A stretch of DNA of 63,994 bases, filler included, from Fonticula-like sp. SCN 57-25 (taxonomy: Eukaryota), in NCBI GenBank assembly GCA_001724245.1. It is 4 parts of 4 records of this genome, joined end to end, with 100 filler letters (N's around TTAATTAATTAA, not from the genome) between each part and the next. Parts side by side here need not be neighbours in the genome. Positions count along the whole stretch, not along the records: positions 18,119 to 35,845 come from MEDX01000113.1; positions 35,946 to 53,350 come from MEDX01000116.1; 2 more parts are not named here. One strand, written 5' to 3'. Positions 26,112 through 38,213 of the stretch are shown one piece after another. Made by a program: the position numbers and the translations under genes. The notes beneath the pieces were generated by a model. That model had not been told where the DNA came from. It searched no databases and was given only the letters and a program-made list of their open reading frames with translations. Every line of letters begins with the position of its first letter. Position 1 is the first letter of the stretch.

Positions 26112-29100
26112 CTACTCACTTGCGTCGTCGTCCTCGACGTCCATTCTGTCACTGTCGCCTTCGTCGCCTTCATCGTCGTCGTCTTCGCCTTCTGCTTCTT
26201 CGTCTTCTGCTTCATCGTCTTCTTCCCCTTCCTCGCCTTCTTCTGCTTCTTCTGCCTCTTCCTCTTCCTCCTCTTCTTCCTCCTCTTCCTCATCAAAGTC
26301 TTCGTCCTCCTCCTCCTCGTCCTCCTGGTGCACCTGGTCGCCCTCCTGCCCGTGCGGCGGCTGGAGCGCGTCCTCTCTGCGCAGCAGCCCGCGCCGCTGG
26401 CCAACGGCCATGAGCCTCACGCGGTCCGCCTGCATGCTAAAGTGGTTCGTGCGCGCCTTCTGGACAAAGGCAATGTACGCGTCGTCCGGGCTCACGGCCA
26501 GCGACCCGATGCGGTGCCCATGCAGATACGTAAAGTAATTTCTAGCGCACTAAATAAGTAAACGAATACTAAAATAATAATATATGGACGTACTCGTAGG
26601 TGGCTGCGTCGACAAACCCGATCGTTGTGTCAACTTCCTGCCGCCGCTGCGTCTCGCCGACCTCGACAAGCGGCGACCTGACAGCATCTAAAGGTCAACA
26701 AAAGCTCACCAAATAGACCAGGCGTACGTGATGATTGTGTCGCCGTTGCCGCTGAATGCGGCCATGACGTTGTTGAGCGCGGCGGCGGTGCGCGCGGGCC
26801 GCATCATGCGCATGTCCCAGATGGTCCCGTCAATGATAATGTCATAACCTAATACAAGGGCTCAGCAAAGGCAGCCAAATATACGCAAAACGAACGGTTG
26901 GGGTGGAAGAGCTGGATGGCGAGCGGCTGGTCGAGCGGCGCGAGGCGGTCAAAGAGGCACACGCGCTCGTGATTGCGCACGTCCCACAGCATGCCGCCCG
27001 ACAGGAGGAGTCGCGAGTCGTAGCTCATGTCGGGTGACGTGCACATGTTCTGGCACGCGAGCGGGTCATTTGCGTGCATCACTTGCTGGTAGCCCGCCTG
27101 CGCGTCGTACAGGAACGCCGACGTATCAGCGCACGTGGCCAGCATTGTCTCGTCGCGCGAAAAGTGCGGGCGGAGGCCGCGGACGGACACCTCAATGGGG
27201 TCGTGGTCGGGCGTGCCCATCGCCTCGCGCTTAAAGATGAACGTCTCAGCGTGGTCGATCGAGCACGAAGCAATGAGCGCAGACGAAGGGCTCATCGTCG
27301 CATATTGAGAGTACGTCGCTTCCCGCCACGTCTGGCCCGTCTCCACAGACACCACCTTGGGCAATCATCGTCATCAGCAAGCATAGTCATATCCATTAAC
27401 CATGCCGTACCCGAACTGAGAAATTAGTGTCGGCGCAGAGGTACCCACCGCGGCCGAACGTCAGTTGGTTTATGAGCGATGTGGCGGGAAAGAGCTCTGG
27501 CCGGACGGGTCGGAGGCGGGAAAACGCGTAGCGGCGCGCCATCTTTGTGTGGCTGATTGCAAATGGCGAGGTGGCGATGGCCGGGACGCCCGCCTCGCGC
27601 ACCCACAGCCGCCGCACGATGCTCTTGTCAGGCGCCTCCATGGCCGACTGCTCCGGGCAGCGGTGCGGCGCGAGCAGCGACACGGGCGGCAGCACCGACA
27701 GCGGCCTCCGGCAGCGCGTGTGCTGCTCCCTGACGTACTGCGTGGCGATTACCTTGAGCGACGGCCCCGAGGACGACGGCGGCAGCGGCCTCACCTTGCT
27801 CTCGCTGACGAGCTGCGCGGCCGTGTCCACCAGCCCCTGCGACAGCAGATGAGAGTGGATCAGCTGAAGTAGCTCGCCGTCGTGAAGCTTGATCTGCGTG
27901 GCGGCAACGACAGCGGCGCGCTGCTCCAATCTACATGCATTTGTTAGATGCGAGCACAGCGCGGCGGGGCAACGCACGACTCCTTTGACTCGACCTCCTT
28001 GTCCATCTCGGTGAGCAGCTGCCCGTAGCAGGCGCGGATGAGCTGCTCGCCGCGGCGCCTAAACTCTGCGTGGACCGACGCCTGGCTGGCCAGCGCGGGC
28101 TCCTTGGCGGCGTCCGACGAAAATATGCGGATCAGCGGGAGCTGCGCCAGCAGCTGGCGCACCGCCTGGAAGCGCGCGAGGCCGCACAGCGCCTGTTGTA
28201 GATAGCTCAGCAAACGAAGCAAAAAATGTTAAATGAACGTACCGTGCAGGCGAGGAGGCGCAGCTTGTCGAATGCCTGCGCTGGGTGAACACCGCTGAGG
28301 AACGAGCTGAGCAGCTGGATGCCCTGCTCCTGGCGAAACTGCTCAACCGTGGTGCGCATGACCGTGTCCATGGCAGCGATGGGCAGATGCTCCACGTCGG
28401 CGGGCCGGTTCGTCGAGCGGCGCATCCGGCATAGTAGCACGCACAGCGCGTGCAGCACGGCGATCTGGCCCTCGCACGCGTCGCCGCCTCCGTCCAGCTT
28501 GCACGCGGCAATCAGCTGCGCAAGCGGGCGGATCGGCGCCAGCTCGGGCAAGTCGGAGGAGGGGTCCGTCGGGCCGGCAAAGAGCAGCTGCGAAAAGGGG
28601 TGCAGGAGCAGCGCGTGTACAGAGGGGGCAAACAGCATCGGGCAGAGCGCCTCGAGAGCAGCGGTGACCCAGCAGTCCGATTCGGAAAACGACTCGGCAT
28701 CTGCGCACACAGTCAGAACGTAGAAATTGTCAAAAGAGGGGCACCTTTCAAAAGGAACATGAGGCGGCGCGGCCAATCTAGGTGAACAAGCTTTGGCCCA
28801 AGGCGCCATTTGGATATGCTGTCGGGGAAGAGCGGGTCTTCAACCAAAGAAAGGCTGTGGCGGTGATTAGACCGTATATATTCAAGGCGCATCGTACTCT
28901 TCTTCGAATATGGCGGTCGTGATAAACTTTGCCCGATTTGCCGCTCCTTTCTTGGCGTCATTTGCCCTATAAAAACATCAGATATGCGTCGCAAACGAAA
29001 AGCGTGCGCACAGGCGCTTATTCTGCCGGCGCAGCGGAAAGAGGTGGGCGTGCAGCGACCCTCGCAGCACATTGCGCATGAGATTGCACGCCGCGCGAAT

Positions 29101-30790
29101 GATTGGCCGCGTAAAGTGGTATTGGACTGCCGCGCGTCAGCAAAAAATTAAATAGTGTTGTGGTGTCGCACGCTGGAGCGGCGTCTCATCGAGCGGGCTT
29201 GTCGGTGAGACGATGGCGAGCACGTTGAGCACGATGCGCAGCCCGTCCTGCTGCTCGAACGCCTCGCGTATCGGCTCGTACGCGACTCCTTCGTGGAGCG
29301 CAAGCAGCGCAATGTGGCGCGCCGTGAGCGGCGCCTCGATCAGGACGTGCAGCAGCTCGGTCACCAGGCGGCCGCCAAACTGCCGCTCGCACAGCTGCAG
29401 GCCAGCGTCAGATTGAATGAAAAAGCACAGAGACGTACCGGCTCCATGAATGACGTGAGTGACGTTGCACTGAGGACAAGGCGCGCAAAGGCGCCGGCGA
29501 TGGCCGGGTTCCGCGGCAGGCTGCACAGCAGATTGAACCCGCCCGATGAAATGAAGGTGTCGAGCGGCTTGGCGTACGAGAGGAAGCGCCGTACGAGCAT
29601 CAGCGCGCGCGCTTGGTGCATAGGGTACGACCGGGACGACTGGATGTACTCCATCACCAGCGCAATGTTGTTGTCCTCTGTCGCCGCGAGCGCGCACTCT
29701 GAGTACTCCATGAGATTGTCCAGCGCCTCAAAGATGTGCGCCAGCTCGGGGATAAAGGCCACTGCGGCAACGTCAATAGGGGTCGTAATAAGAGTAGCTG
29801 CGCACTGGAATGGATGGTCGGCGGTGGCTCTTCGATGATTGCGCTCGACGACCGGCGTCGCTTGGACGGCGGAGGCCGAGGCGCGGGCTGCGGCGGGGCT
29901 GCCTCGACGAGGTTGTCGGTCGACTTTGACAGGTCGTCGGTCTTCCACGAAGGGTGCGGTAGCGAGAAGCGACGCATGCGTGCCAATAGGGACCGCGTAA
30001 GCAGCACTTTACCCATCTGGTCCGCTATTAAGCGGTCCTTGACCATGGCGGCAACCAGCGCTGCGGTGGCGAACATGAGCGCCACCAATGTGAGAGGAGG
30101 CCGCGCGTACCCGTGACAAGCGCGCGCTTGCGCGAGCGCACCATGACGGCAAGCTCCTTAGTAAGATAGCCGCAAGTATCAACCTGTTTGGGGTGAGTGG
30201 AACTGCGCTAGGGGTAGAACCACGCACGAGGTCCGCTGGGCGAAGGCGCTCGCGCAGCAGGACGGCGATCTCGAGACCCACCATTTGTAACTCTTCGTCG
30301 CCCGACCTAATAAAGCCTACCAGCTATTGCACGCTGTCAGCGCACCGGAGAATTCAAAAATGTGGCCAGGCGCACCTTGTTCACTATGGTGGTGTTTGTC
30401 ACCAGCATGTCGAACAGGTCGCCGATAAGGTAGTCTGTAGGGCAAGCACAGTGAGCGACCCCGACCCGATCCCCCTTGTAAAACCGTGCGCACCAGGCCG
30501 CCTGGAACTTGTCACGTCCACTTCCACTTGAGAGTACTTTAGCTCGGCCAGCTCGAGGGCGTCCTTGAGCCTAGTTGAGCATCGAGCAATTTAGCCCCTG
30601 ACCAACATGATGCTGAGGGTAAGAGGACGCACTGGACCCATTGCGACTGGTCGTTCGTCTCCGTTGACGCCAGATACTCTACAAGAACCTCCATCTCTTC
30701 AACGATAGTATCCATGTTCTCATCGTCGGCCGGTGTGGGAGGCGAATCTGACGACATCGACTCGGCGATGCTGGGTTGCACCATCGGCAT
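26112..30790 (-). CDS. DCAF1: DCAF1/VprBP (CRL4 substrate receptor; armadillo-like region, LisH, WD40, acidic tail), many short introns
   Basis: LisH ELLQLIHSHLLSQGLVDTAAQLVSE followed by the DCAF1 signature QYVREQHTRCRRPLSVLPPVSLLAPHRCPE; ALCGLARFQAVRQLL; WD40 LWDVR..FDRL..FHPN; long D/E tail. The frame can be restored through GT-AG introns. Confidence 0.87.
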
Positions 30791-31205
30791 GGCGGAAGGA
30801 TGACGCAGCACTACAGCCGAACAATACAACTACTTAACAAGCCAGAACCAACCCAGAACAAAACTCAAAGCAAAATTAGGATTCTAACGCGGCCGGGCGC
30901 CCGTCGTCCGCGAAAAACGAAGTCGGTAAAGCGCGTGCCGCCCGCCTGCTGACACCTGAATGCAAGTTTCCCGCCTGCGATCAACAAGCTTGGCCACGTG
31001 GATTGGAATCATTTGATACCGGTTCTTAGAGACATTGCAGAGGGCCGCGAAAACAGCACTTTTGAAGCATATAAGCATTATAGTCATAACAATATATCGT
31101 ATTGAAGCAGAACTGCACACTACAGCCCACTATTCGCACGCGTGCATAGCGACGCCACCGCTACACTACCCCACGCCTTCTACAGCCCTGAACATATATG
31201 ATCGG

Positions 31206-31225
31206 TGACGTCACTCGTGACGTCA
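31206..31225. promoter_or_regulatory. Tandem CRE/ATF-type palindromes (TGACGTCA x2)
   Basis: TGACGTCA at 31206-31213 and 31218-31225, ending 10 nt before ATG 31236. Confidence 0.6.
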
Positions 31226-31235
31226 ATCAGCCTCG

Positions 31236-32875
31236 ATGCTGCTCCAGGTGGGTGTAGGGCGTCGGGCGGCGCTCGGAGCGCGCTGCCTGTTTGGCGGGTT
31301 GAGGTCGGTGTCTCGCTATTCGACAAAGGCGACCACTCCTGCAGACGAGGTATTTGACAAGCTCCTAAAGAACGTGATTAGCCGCCATGACCAGGACAAG
31401 GCGTCCGTCTACAAATCGTTTCTCGACATGCACGACGATCACCACTTCAAGTTCGAGTCCCACCAGGCCGATCTTACCTTTGCGCGCGTCGGAGACAAGG
31501 ACAAGCCATTAATGGAGCTTGATCCGCACGGTCTCGCCCTTTTGCTCTTGTCGCGCAAGTTCCGCCGCGGGTACCTTTACTTTGATCGCAATCAGCAGCG
31601 GCTCGTACCGTCGGACCCGATCCTGCAGCCGCTCGCGGACCACTTTACAAAGGACGCCGTCGATTTCGACGAGCACGAGGCGATTTTCATTGAAGTTGGC
31701 CGCCGCTCAAAGTCGCTCATGTCTGCGCACGTGTGGCGCACTGATCGCGGCCAGGCCGTCGGCGGCGTCCGCCTTGAGCGGTACTCTACGACGGCGGACT
31801 TTTTGCGGGACGGCCTGCGGCTGTCGCTCTGCATGGGGCGCAAGGCGGCCGCCGGTGATATCTGGACGGGTGGTGGCGCCGGCATTATTGCGCGGCCGCC
31901 GGGGAACGCTGCGCAGGACGAAGGGTTCCGCAAGCTGCTCTTCCAGGACTATGGTGAGTTTGTGACGTCATTGCGCGGCTGCTTTGTCGCGGGTGAGGAC
32001 ACGGGCCTGTCGGTGCGCGACCTCGACTGGATGCACTCGCGCTCTCGCTTCATTGCGTGCATTTCGCCCTCAATTGGCGGGACGGGCAAGCCCGTCGGTC
32101 TCACCGCCGCCGGCATCATCAGTGCAATGGAGAGCGGCCTCGCGGCCACGGGGCTCGGCACGCTCGAGGGCAAGACGGTTGCGCTGCAGGGCATTGGGAG
32201 CATCGGCGACCACATGCTGCGCCACCTGCTTCAGCGGAACGTGGCGCGCATCATCGCCGTCGACACGAATGGGGTACGCATCGCTTGTCTTGAATTTTGG
32301 TTGCTGATACTTGTCGTGATCAGCCGCTTGTAGAGCGCATGAAGCGCACGTTTGAAGGCGAGCCGGTTGATCTGCGCGTGATCAAGGAGAACGACATGTC
32401 CATCCTTGAGGCCGAGTGCGACATTCTTTCGCCAAACGCGATCGGCGGCATCCTCAATGAGCGCACGATACCCAACATCAAGGCCAAGTTCATCTGCGGC
32501 GGCGCCAATTGCCAGCTGGCAGTTGAGACGGAGGACGCGCGGCGCCTAGCGGACCGCGGGATCGAGCTGGTGCCCGATTACATTGCCAGCCGCATGGGGC
32601 TCGTGGCCGCGTCGTGGGAGCCGTTTGGGCTGCTCGACGACGACGACCCGCTCGTCCAGCAGCACTTTAACCAAGCGTGGGCGGCGAGCATCCCGGCGGT
32701 GACCAAGAAGGTGTTTGCCGAGGCGCGGGCGACGGGCGAGACGACGACGCAGGTGGCCGCACGGATAGCAGACTCGCGCTCGCGGCAGCCGCACCCGCTC
32801 ATCGGAAGCCGCACAGAGAGCATCATTGCCGCGCTCGTCGCGAGCAAGTGGCACCTCCAGGGCAATAGCAAGTAA
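31236..32875 (+). CDS. Glu/Leu/Phe/Val dehydrogenase-family protein, likely mitochondrial; catalytic Lys replaced; 1 intron
   Basis: GGVRL, MGRK, GGGAG, GEDTG, Rossmann QGIGSIG, CDILSPNAIGG, CGGANCQL, VPDYIASRMG; Arg-rich, acid-free N-terminus. Confidence 0.88.
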
Positions 32876-33048
32876 TTATTCTATCTGTGCATGCGAGGGG
32901 CGCGCGTCGCCCCGCGTAATTTCATGTCTATCTACTATTAATGTTTGTATTATCAATATAGGCAACGCTAACAGATTTTTTGTGTAAAGCGACTTTGACT
33001 AGCAACTACGGAACCTGCAGCGGTATTTCACACTACAATAAAATATAA

Positions 33049-34686
33049 TTAAAGCCTTGACTTGATCACGTAGGCCCCGACGCCGAGGACGACTGCGGCG
33101 GCGCCCGCGACCGCGCCGGCCGGGACGTGGAAGCCGTCGGCCATCTTGTCCAGCATGGCAAGCTGCTTGTCCTTGAGCGGCGGGTACTGTGCCTTAAGGT
33201 CAATCCACGTGGCCTTGTCCAGCACCGCGCGGTGGTGGCTAAATGTTTCAAAGCTGGCGCGACCCTGGTATGCGCCAGTGCCGGAATTACCCACTAAACT
33301 GCGGCGTTAGCGGGCCGACATACCACAAAATGCAATGCAATACGCACCACCGCCGAAAGGAAGCTCTGAGCAGCCGACGTGCAAGATTGTGTTGTTGATG
33401 CCGACGCCGCCGGACGACGTGTTGTCGATGACAAACTGCGGCACTGCGTCGTTCTCTGCAAAGACGTAGAGCGCAAGCGGCTTCTCCTGCCTGCGGATGG
33501 CCTTGACCGCGGCCTCTGGCCCGTCCACGGCAAAGATGGGGAGGATGGGACCAAATATCTCCTCGCGCATGATGGCGCCGTCCATGCTGGGCTCGAGCAG
33601 CAGCGTCGGCTCAATGTACCGCTCATTAATGTCCGAGCGGCCGCCCTGGACGACTGAGGCGCGGTTCTCCTCAATGAAGCGCGCGAGGCGGTGCGCGTGC
33701 CGAGCAGAGATGATGCGCGAAAAGTACGACACCTTGGAGGGGTCCGGCCCGTACCACTCGTTCATGAGCGTCTTGAGCTTGGCCAGCAGCTCGTCCTTGA
33801 CGGCACGGTCCACCAGCACGTAGTCGGGTGCCACGCACGTCTGGCCCGCGTTGGTGAACTTACCACTAAAAACGCGTTAGTTAACCAATAGCAGCAAGGC
33901 GCGAGGCGTACAAGAGGATACGACGAGCGGCAACGTCCAGTTTGGCCGACTTGTCCACGTAGACGGGGCTTTTACCGCCGAGCTCGAGCGTGACGGGCGT
34001 CAGGTTCTCGGCAGCAGCGCGCATGACGATGCGGCCGACCTCGGCATTGCCCGTGTAAAAGATATAGTCAAAGCGCTGCTGGAGGAGCGCCTGGCTCACA
34101 GTGACACCGCCCTCGACCACCGCCACGACGTCCGGCGGGAAGAACTCGCTGATCGCCGCCTTAATTGCCGCTGACGTGTGTGCAGACACCTCGGACGGCT
34201 TGAGCAGCACTGTGTTGCCCGCGGCGAGCGCGCCCACAAGCTGCAATGTAATTGGTCAGTTAAAGTAGGAGCGGATAGTGGGAGAGGGAGGCGCACGGGG
34301 AACGACAGCAGGCGGAAGGGGTAGTTCCACGGGCCGATGATGAGCGCGACGCCGTAAGGCTCCGTCCCCATGCGGCCCTTGGCCGGACGAACGATCAGAG
34401 GGATGTCGCGCTTGGTGGGCGCGGCCCAGCTATCGAGGTTTGCAATAGCAGCGCGGGCCTCTTGGATCGTCGAGCCGACCTCCATGAGATTAGCCATGGG
34501 GCCCAGCACCTTGAGATCCCGGTTAATAGCTGACGTAATGTTGTCGCGATGCTTGATGCACATGTCAACAAGACGCTGAAGCTGGGTCTTGCGCCAGCTA
34601 AGCGGCTTGGTCTGTCCAGAGTCAAAGCCGGCGCGGAGGCGGCGCACCACCGCCGGGATCTCTTGCACGGTCCGTTCGTCGCTCAT
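33049..34686 (-). CDS. ALDH3: Fatty aldehyde dehydrogenase (ALDH3 family), tail-anchored, 3 introns
   Basis: [45 protein letters not shown] (catalytic Cys), EEIFGP, LPFGGVGNSG; C-terminal hydrophobic segment. Confidence 0.93.
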
Positions 34687-34748
34687 GGCTGACGCAGGGG
34701 AAGTTTCAAGCGAGGGGACGACGACGCATTCGACGCAAATCACTCGTT

Positions 34749-34770
34749 GTCACGTGATATGTCACGTGAT
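34749..34770. promoter_or_regulatory. Tandem extended E-boxes (GTCACGTGAT x2) in the ALDH3/RPS23 divergent promoter
   Basis: GTCACGTGAT at 34749-34758 and 34761-34770. Confidence 0.6.
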
Positions 34771-34894
34771 TTATTTAGCGTCTCTCGGTGTCCCATATTG
34801 CTGATGTTGAGTGAAATCGTCTCTCGGCGGGAGTGATTCAAGCGCGGTGTGTGTTGCTGCATCGGCCTCTCTCTTTCATCCGCCGAACTTAACC

Positions 34895-35726
<832 letters not shown>

Positions 35727-35845
35727 TGATGTATAATGCGGAATACTTAAATTTACTTTTGCGCGATAAGCCCCACCTGCCCTTTTCATCGATGCATTTA
35801 TAGTGTGGAGTGAACCGCCGCCACCATGCTCACTAGCTTGACATG

Positions 35846-35945
35846 NNNNNNNNNNNNNNNNNNNNNNNNNNNNNNNNNNNNNNNNNNNNTTAATTAATTA
35901 ANNNNNNNNNNNNNNNNNNNNNNNNNNNNNNNNNNNNNNNNNNNN
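35846..35945. other. Artificial contig-join spacer
   Basis: N44-TTAATTAATTAA-N44. Confidence 0.97.
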
Positions 35946-36382
35946 CAGTCTTTAGCACAAATATAGCAAGAGTATATACATACCGTGTTCCAAGCCAGGT
36001 TACTCCTGTCGTATGTCTCCTTTGGGATGTCTGCGGGGGCACCGGGCTCCTTGGCAGCCGTAGCCTCCGGCACGATGCCGTCCACCGGTCCTGCATCTTC
36101 GCCGGCCTCGCCAACGTCCACATTCTCTTCGGCCTCATTTGCGTCAACGTCCATATCGCTCTCGTCTGCAGAGTTCATGTCGTCATCGTCGTCGTCGTCG
36201 TCAACCTCATCGTCGTCCTCGCCATCGTCGTCATGCAAGTCGTCCGCCTCGCGATCGCCGTGGCCAGAGGCCGCAGCCGCACCGTCAACCGCAATCACGT
36301 CAATGTCCGACATAGGGGCATCGACCACAGGCGCAGCAGGCGCCGCCACGGCCTGTTCTGGCTGCACCGTACTGTCGTCCAT
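35946..36382 (-). CDS. Acidic N-terminal fragment of an unidentified protein (truncated by contig end)
   Basis: ATG 36382, D/E-rich frame, then a GTATGT donor shortly before the spacer. Confidence 0.6.
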
Positions 36383-36483
36383 CGCGCAATGCCTTTCTTG
36401 GAGGTGCCAGACAAATTTTCGCGCCAACGAATCGGCGATGCAAACTAGGCAGTTTGCACTGATCCGTGGAGGCAACCGGCAGA

Positions 36484-38095
36484 ATGCGCAAGCTGGTGGT
36501 CGACAACGGGGCGGGAAACATTAAAGCGGGGTGGGCCGACGAGGACAGTTGTCGGTATGACGATACACTTGCGCCTACACTCGAGTATGCTAATGTCGTG
36601 GTTGTAGGTTGTTCCCCAACTTTGTCGCCCGCAGCAAGGTCGATGGCCGCCTCTTCGTCTCGGACGAGCTGGAACTCTGCCGAGACTTTCGCGGCCTGGC
36701 CTTCCGGAGACCGTTCGACAGCGTATGCTCGCGGCGATAGTATGTATTGAGCTGACTCTCATGGTGCTTAGGGGTACCTTTCGCGCTGGGAGGCGGAGCG
36801 AGTGATCTGGGACTGGATGCTCGCGCCCCAGAACCTTGCGGTGCGCCGCCGCCGATCATATTACATACATCTCTTTGCTTACCATTGCTGTGACAGGTGG
36901 ACCCAAAGGAGACGGCGCTCGTGCTCACCGAGCCCGTGTTCAACTTTCCCAATGTTCAGGATGCATACGATGAGGTGGTTTTTGAAACATTCGAGTTTGC
37001 GAGCTACTACCGCACAACGGGTGCGCTTCGCATACTGTCGCTGCGCTATCTAACTTGCGCGATCTCGTCCAGCGCCCTTTCTTGCCTCATTTCCGCATCA
37101 CCAAACGTCGAAAGCACTTTTGGTCATTGATTCTGGCTTTTCTTTCACTCATGTGGTCCCCTACTTTCACGGGCTTCAAATCAGCCCGGCTGTTCGGCGG
37201 TGCGTCCCTATGTCGCCTACCCTATTCGAACTAACAACATAAACAGTATAAATGTGGGTGGCAAGCTTTTGACCAATTACCTTAAAGAGGCCATTTCATA
37301 TCGGTACATATGCTCGCATGTTTCCTTGCTTGTGCTGATGTGTTGCTAGGCACTGGAACATGATGGAAGAGTTTCACATCATTGATCACATCAAGGAAAC
37401 GAGCTGTTATGTAGCGCCCGACTTTGTTTCGCAACTGGAGCGTTCGCGGTACGTCTTTTTTCACTTTCAACGCATTGAATGTAACGTTTGTTTCTAGTTC
37501 ATCGCCGGCCGCCCACAGCGTCGAGTTTGTGCTTCCCGACCAGATCGTCTCCAAGCGCGGCTTCTTGAGGGTCCGCTTCCGTGTTCATATTTAACTTGTC
37601 TCACCTTTGCCACAGCCCGCAGACTCAACCGCGGCGGTGGCCGAGGACCAGCTGCTCCCCCTCAACAATGAGCGCTTTAGCACGCCCGAGCTGCTCTTTC
37701 GGCCTTCGAATATCGGCCTCGAGCAGAGCGGCATCGGCGAGACCGTCGCGGACTCTTTGCGAGCGTGCCCCGTCGAGCTGCACGCTCAATTGCTGTCCAA
37801 CATTGTGCTCGTCGGCGGCAATGCTTGCTTCCCCGGCTACGCCGACCGCGTGCTGGACGAGATCCGGCGGCGAGTTTCCCACGAGCACACCGTCTCGTTG
37901 CTGCCCGTTGCAAAGTGCGCTTTTGTTTGAATGCGTGACGTAGACTAAATGTTTGGTATTAGCCCCGTGACGCAAGCGTGGACCGGCGGGAAGCAAATGT
38001 GCGCCCAGGATGATTTGATGCAGCGGCTGCTCGTCACGCGCGCCGAGTTTCAAGAGAGCGGGAGCGAGCGCTGCAGACGTCGTTTTGTATTGTAA
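36484..38095 (+). CDS. ARP6: Actin-related protein 6 (SWR1/SRCAP subunit), 9 introns
   Basis: LVVDNGAGNIKAG, LTEPVFNFPNVQDAYDEVVFETFEF, VIDSGFSFTHVVPY, INVGGKLLTNYLKE, LNNERFSTPELLFRPSNIG, NIVLVGGNACFPG. Confidence 0.93.
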
Positions 38096-38213
38096 TTATG
38101 CTATGAACAATGAATTTTGACTAATAGTTTGCATCGCTGCGCCGCCGGCCACCGGAATCCTGGCCTTTTCTAACCTAGATATCTAGTTACAGCCCGCGTC
38201 TCAAAAATTGCAC

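Noticed and set aside
26125-26330. Trinucleotide-like runs here and near 7130-7500, 16190-16370 and 23830-24240
   Set aside because: They encode D/E- or P/Q-rich protein tracts and are not arrays or CRISPR repeats.
38171-38189. Palindrome CTAGATATCTAG between convergent ARP6 and HELLS; 7-bp hairpin near 2264-2285; TATAGGCCCG direct repeat near 49149-49169
   Set aside because: Each is short, isolated and not repeated at other 3' ends, so chance is a sufficient explanation.
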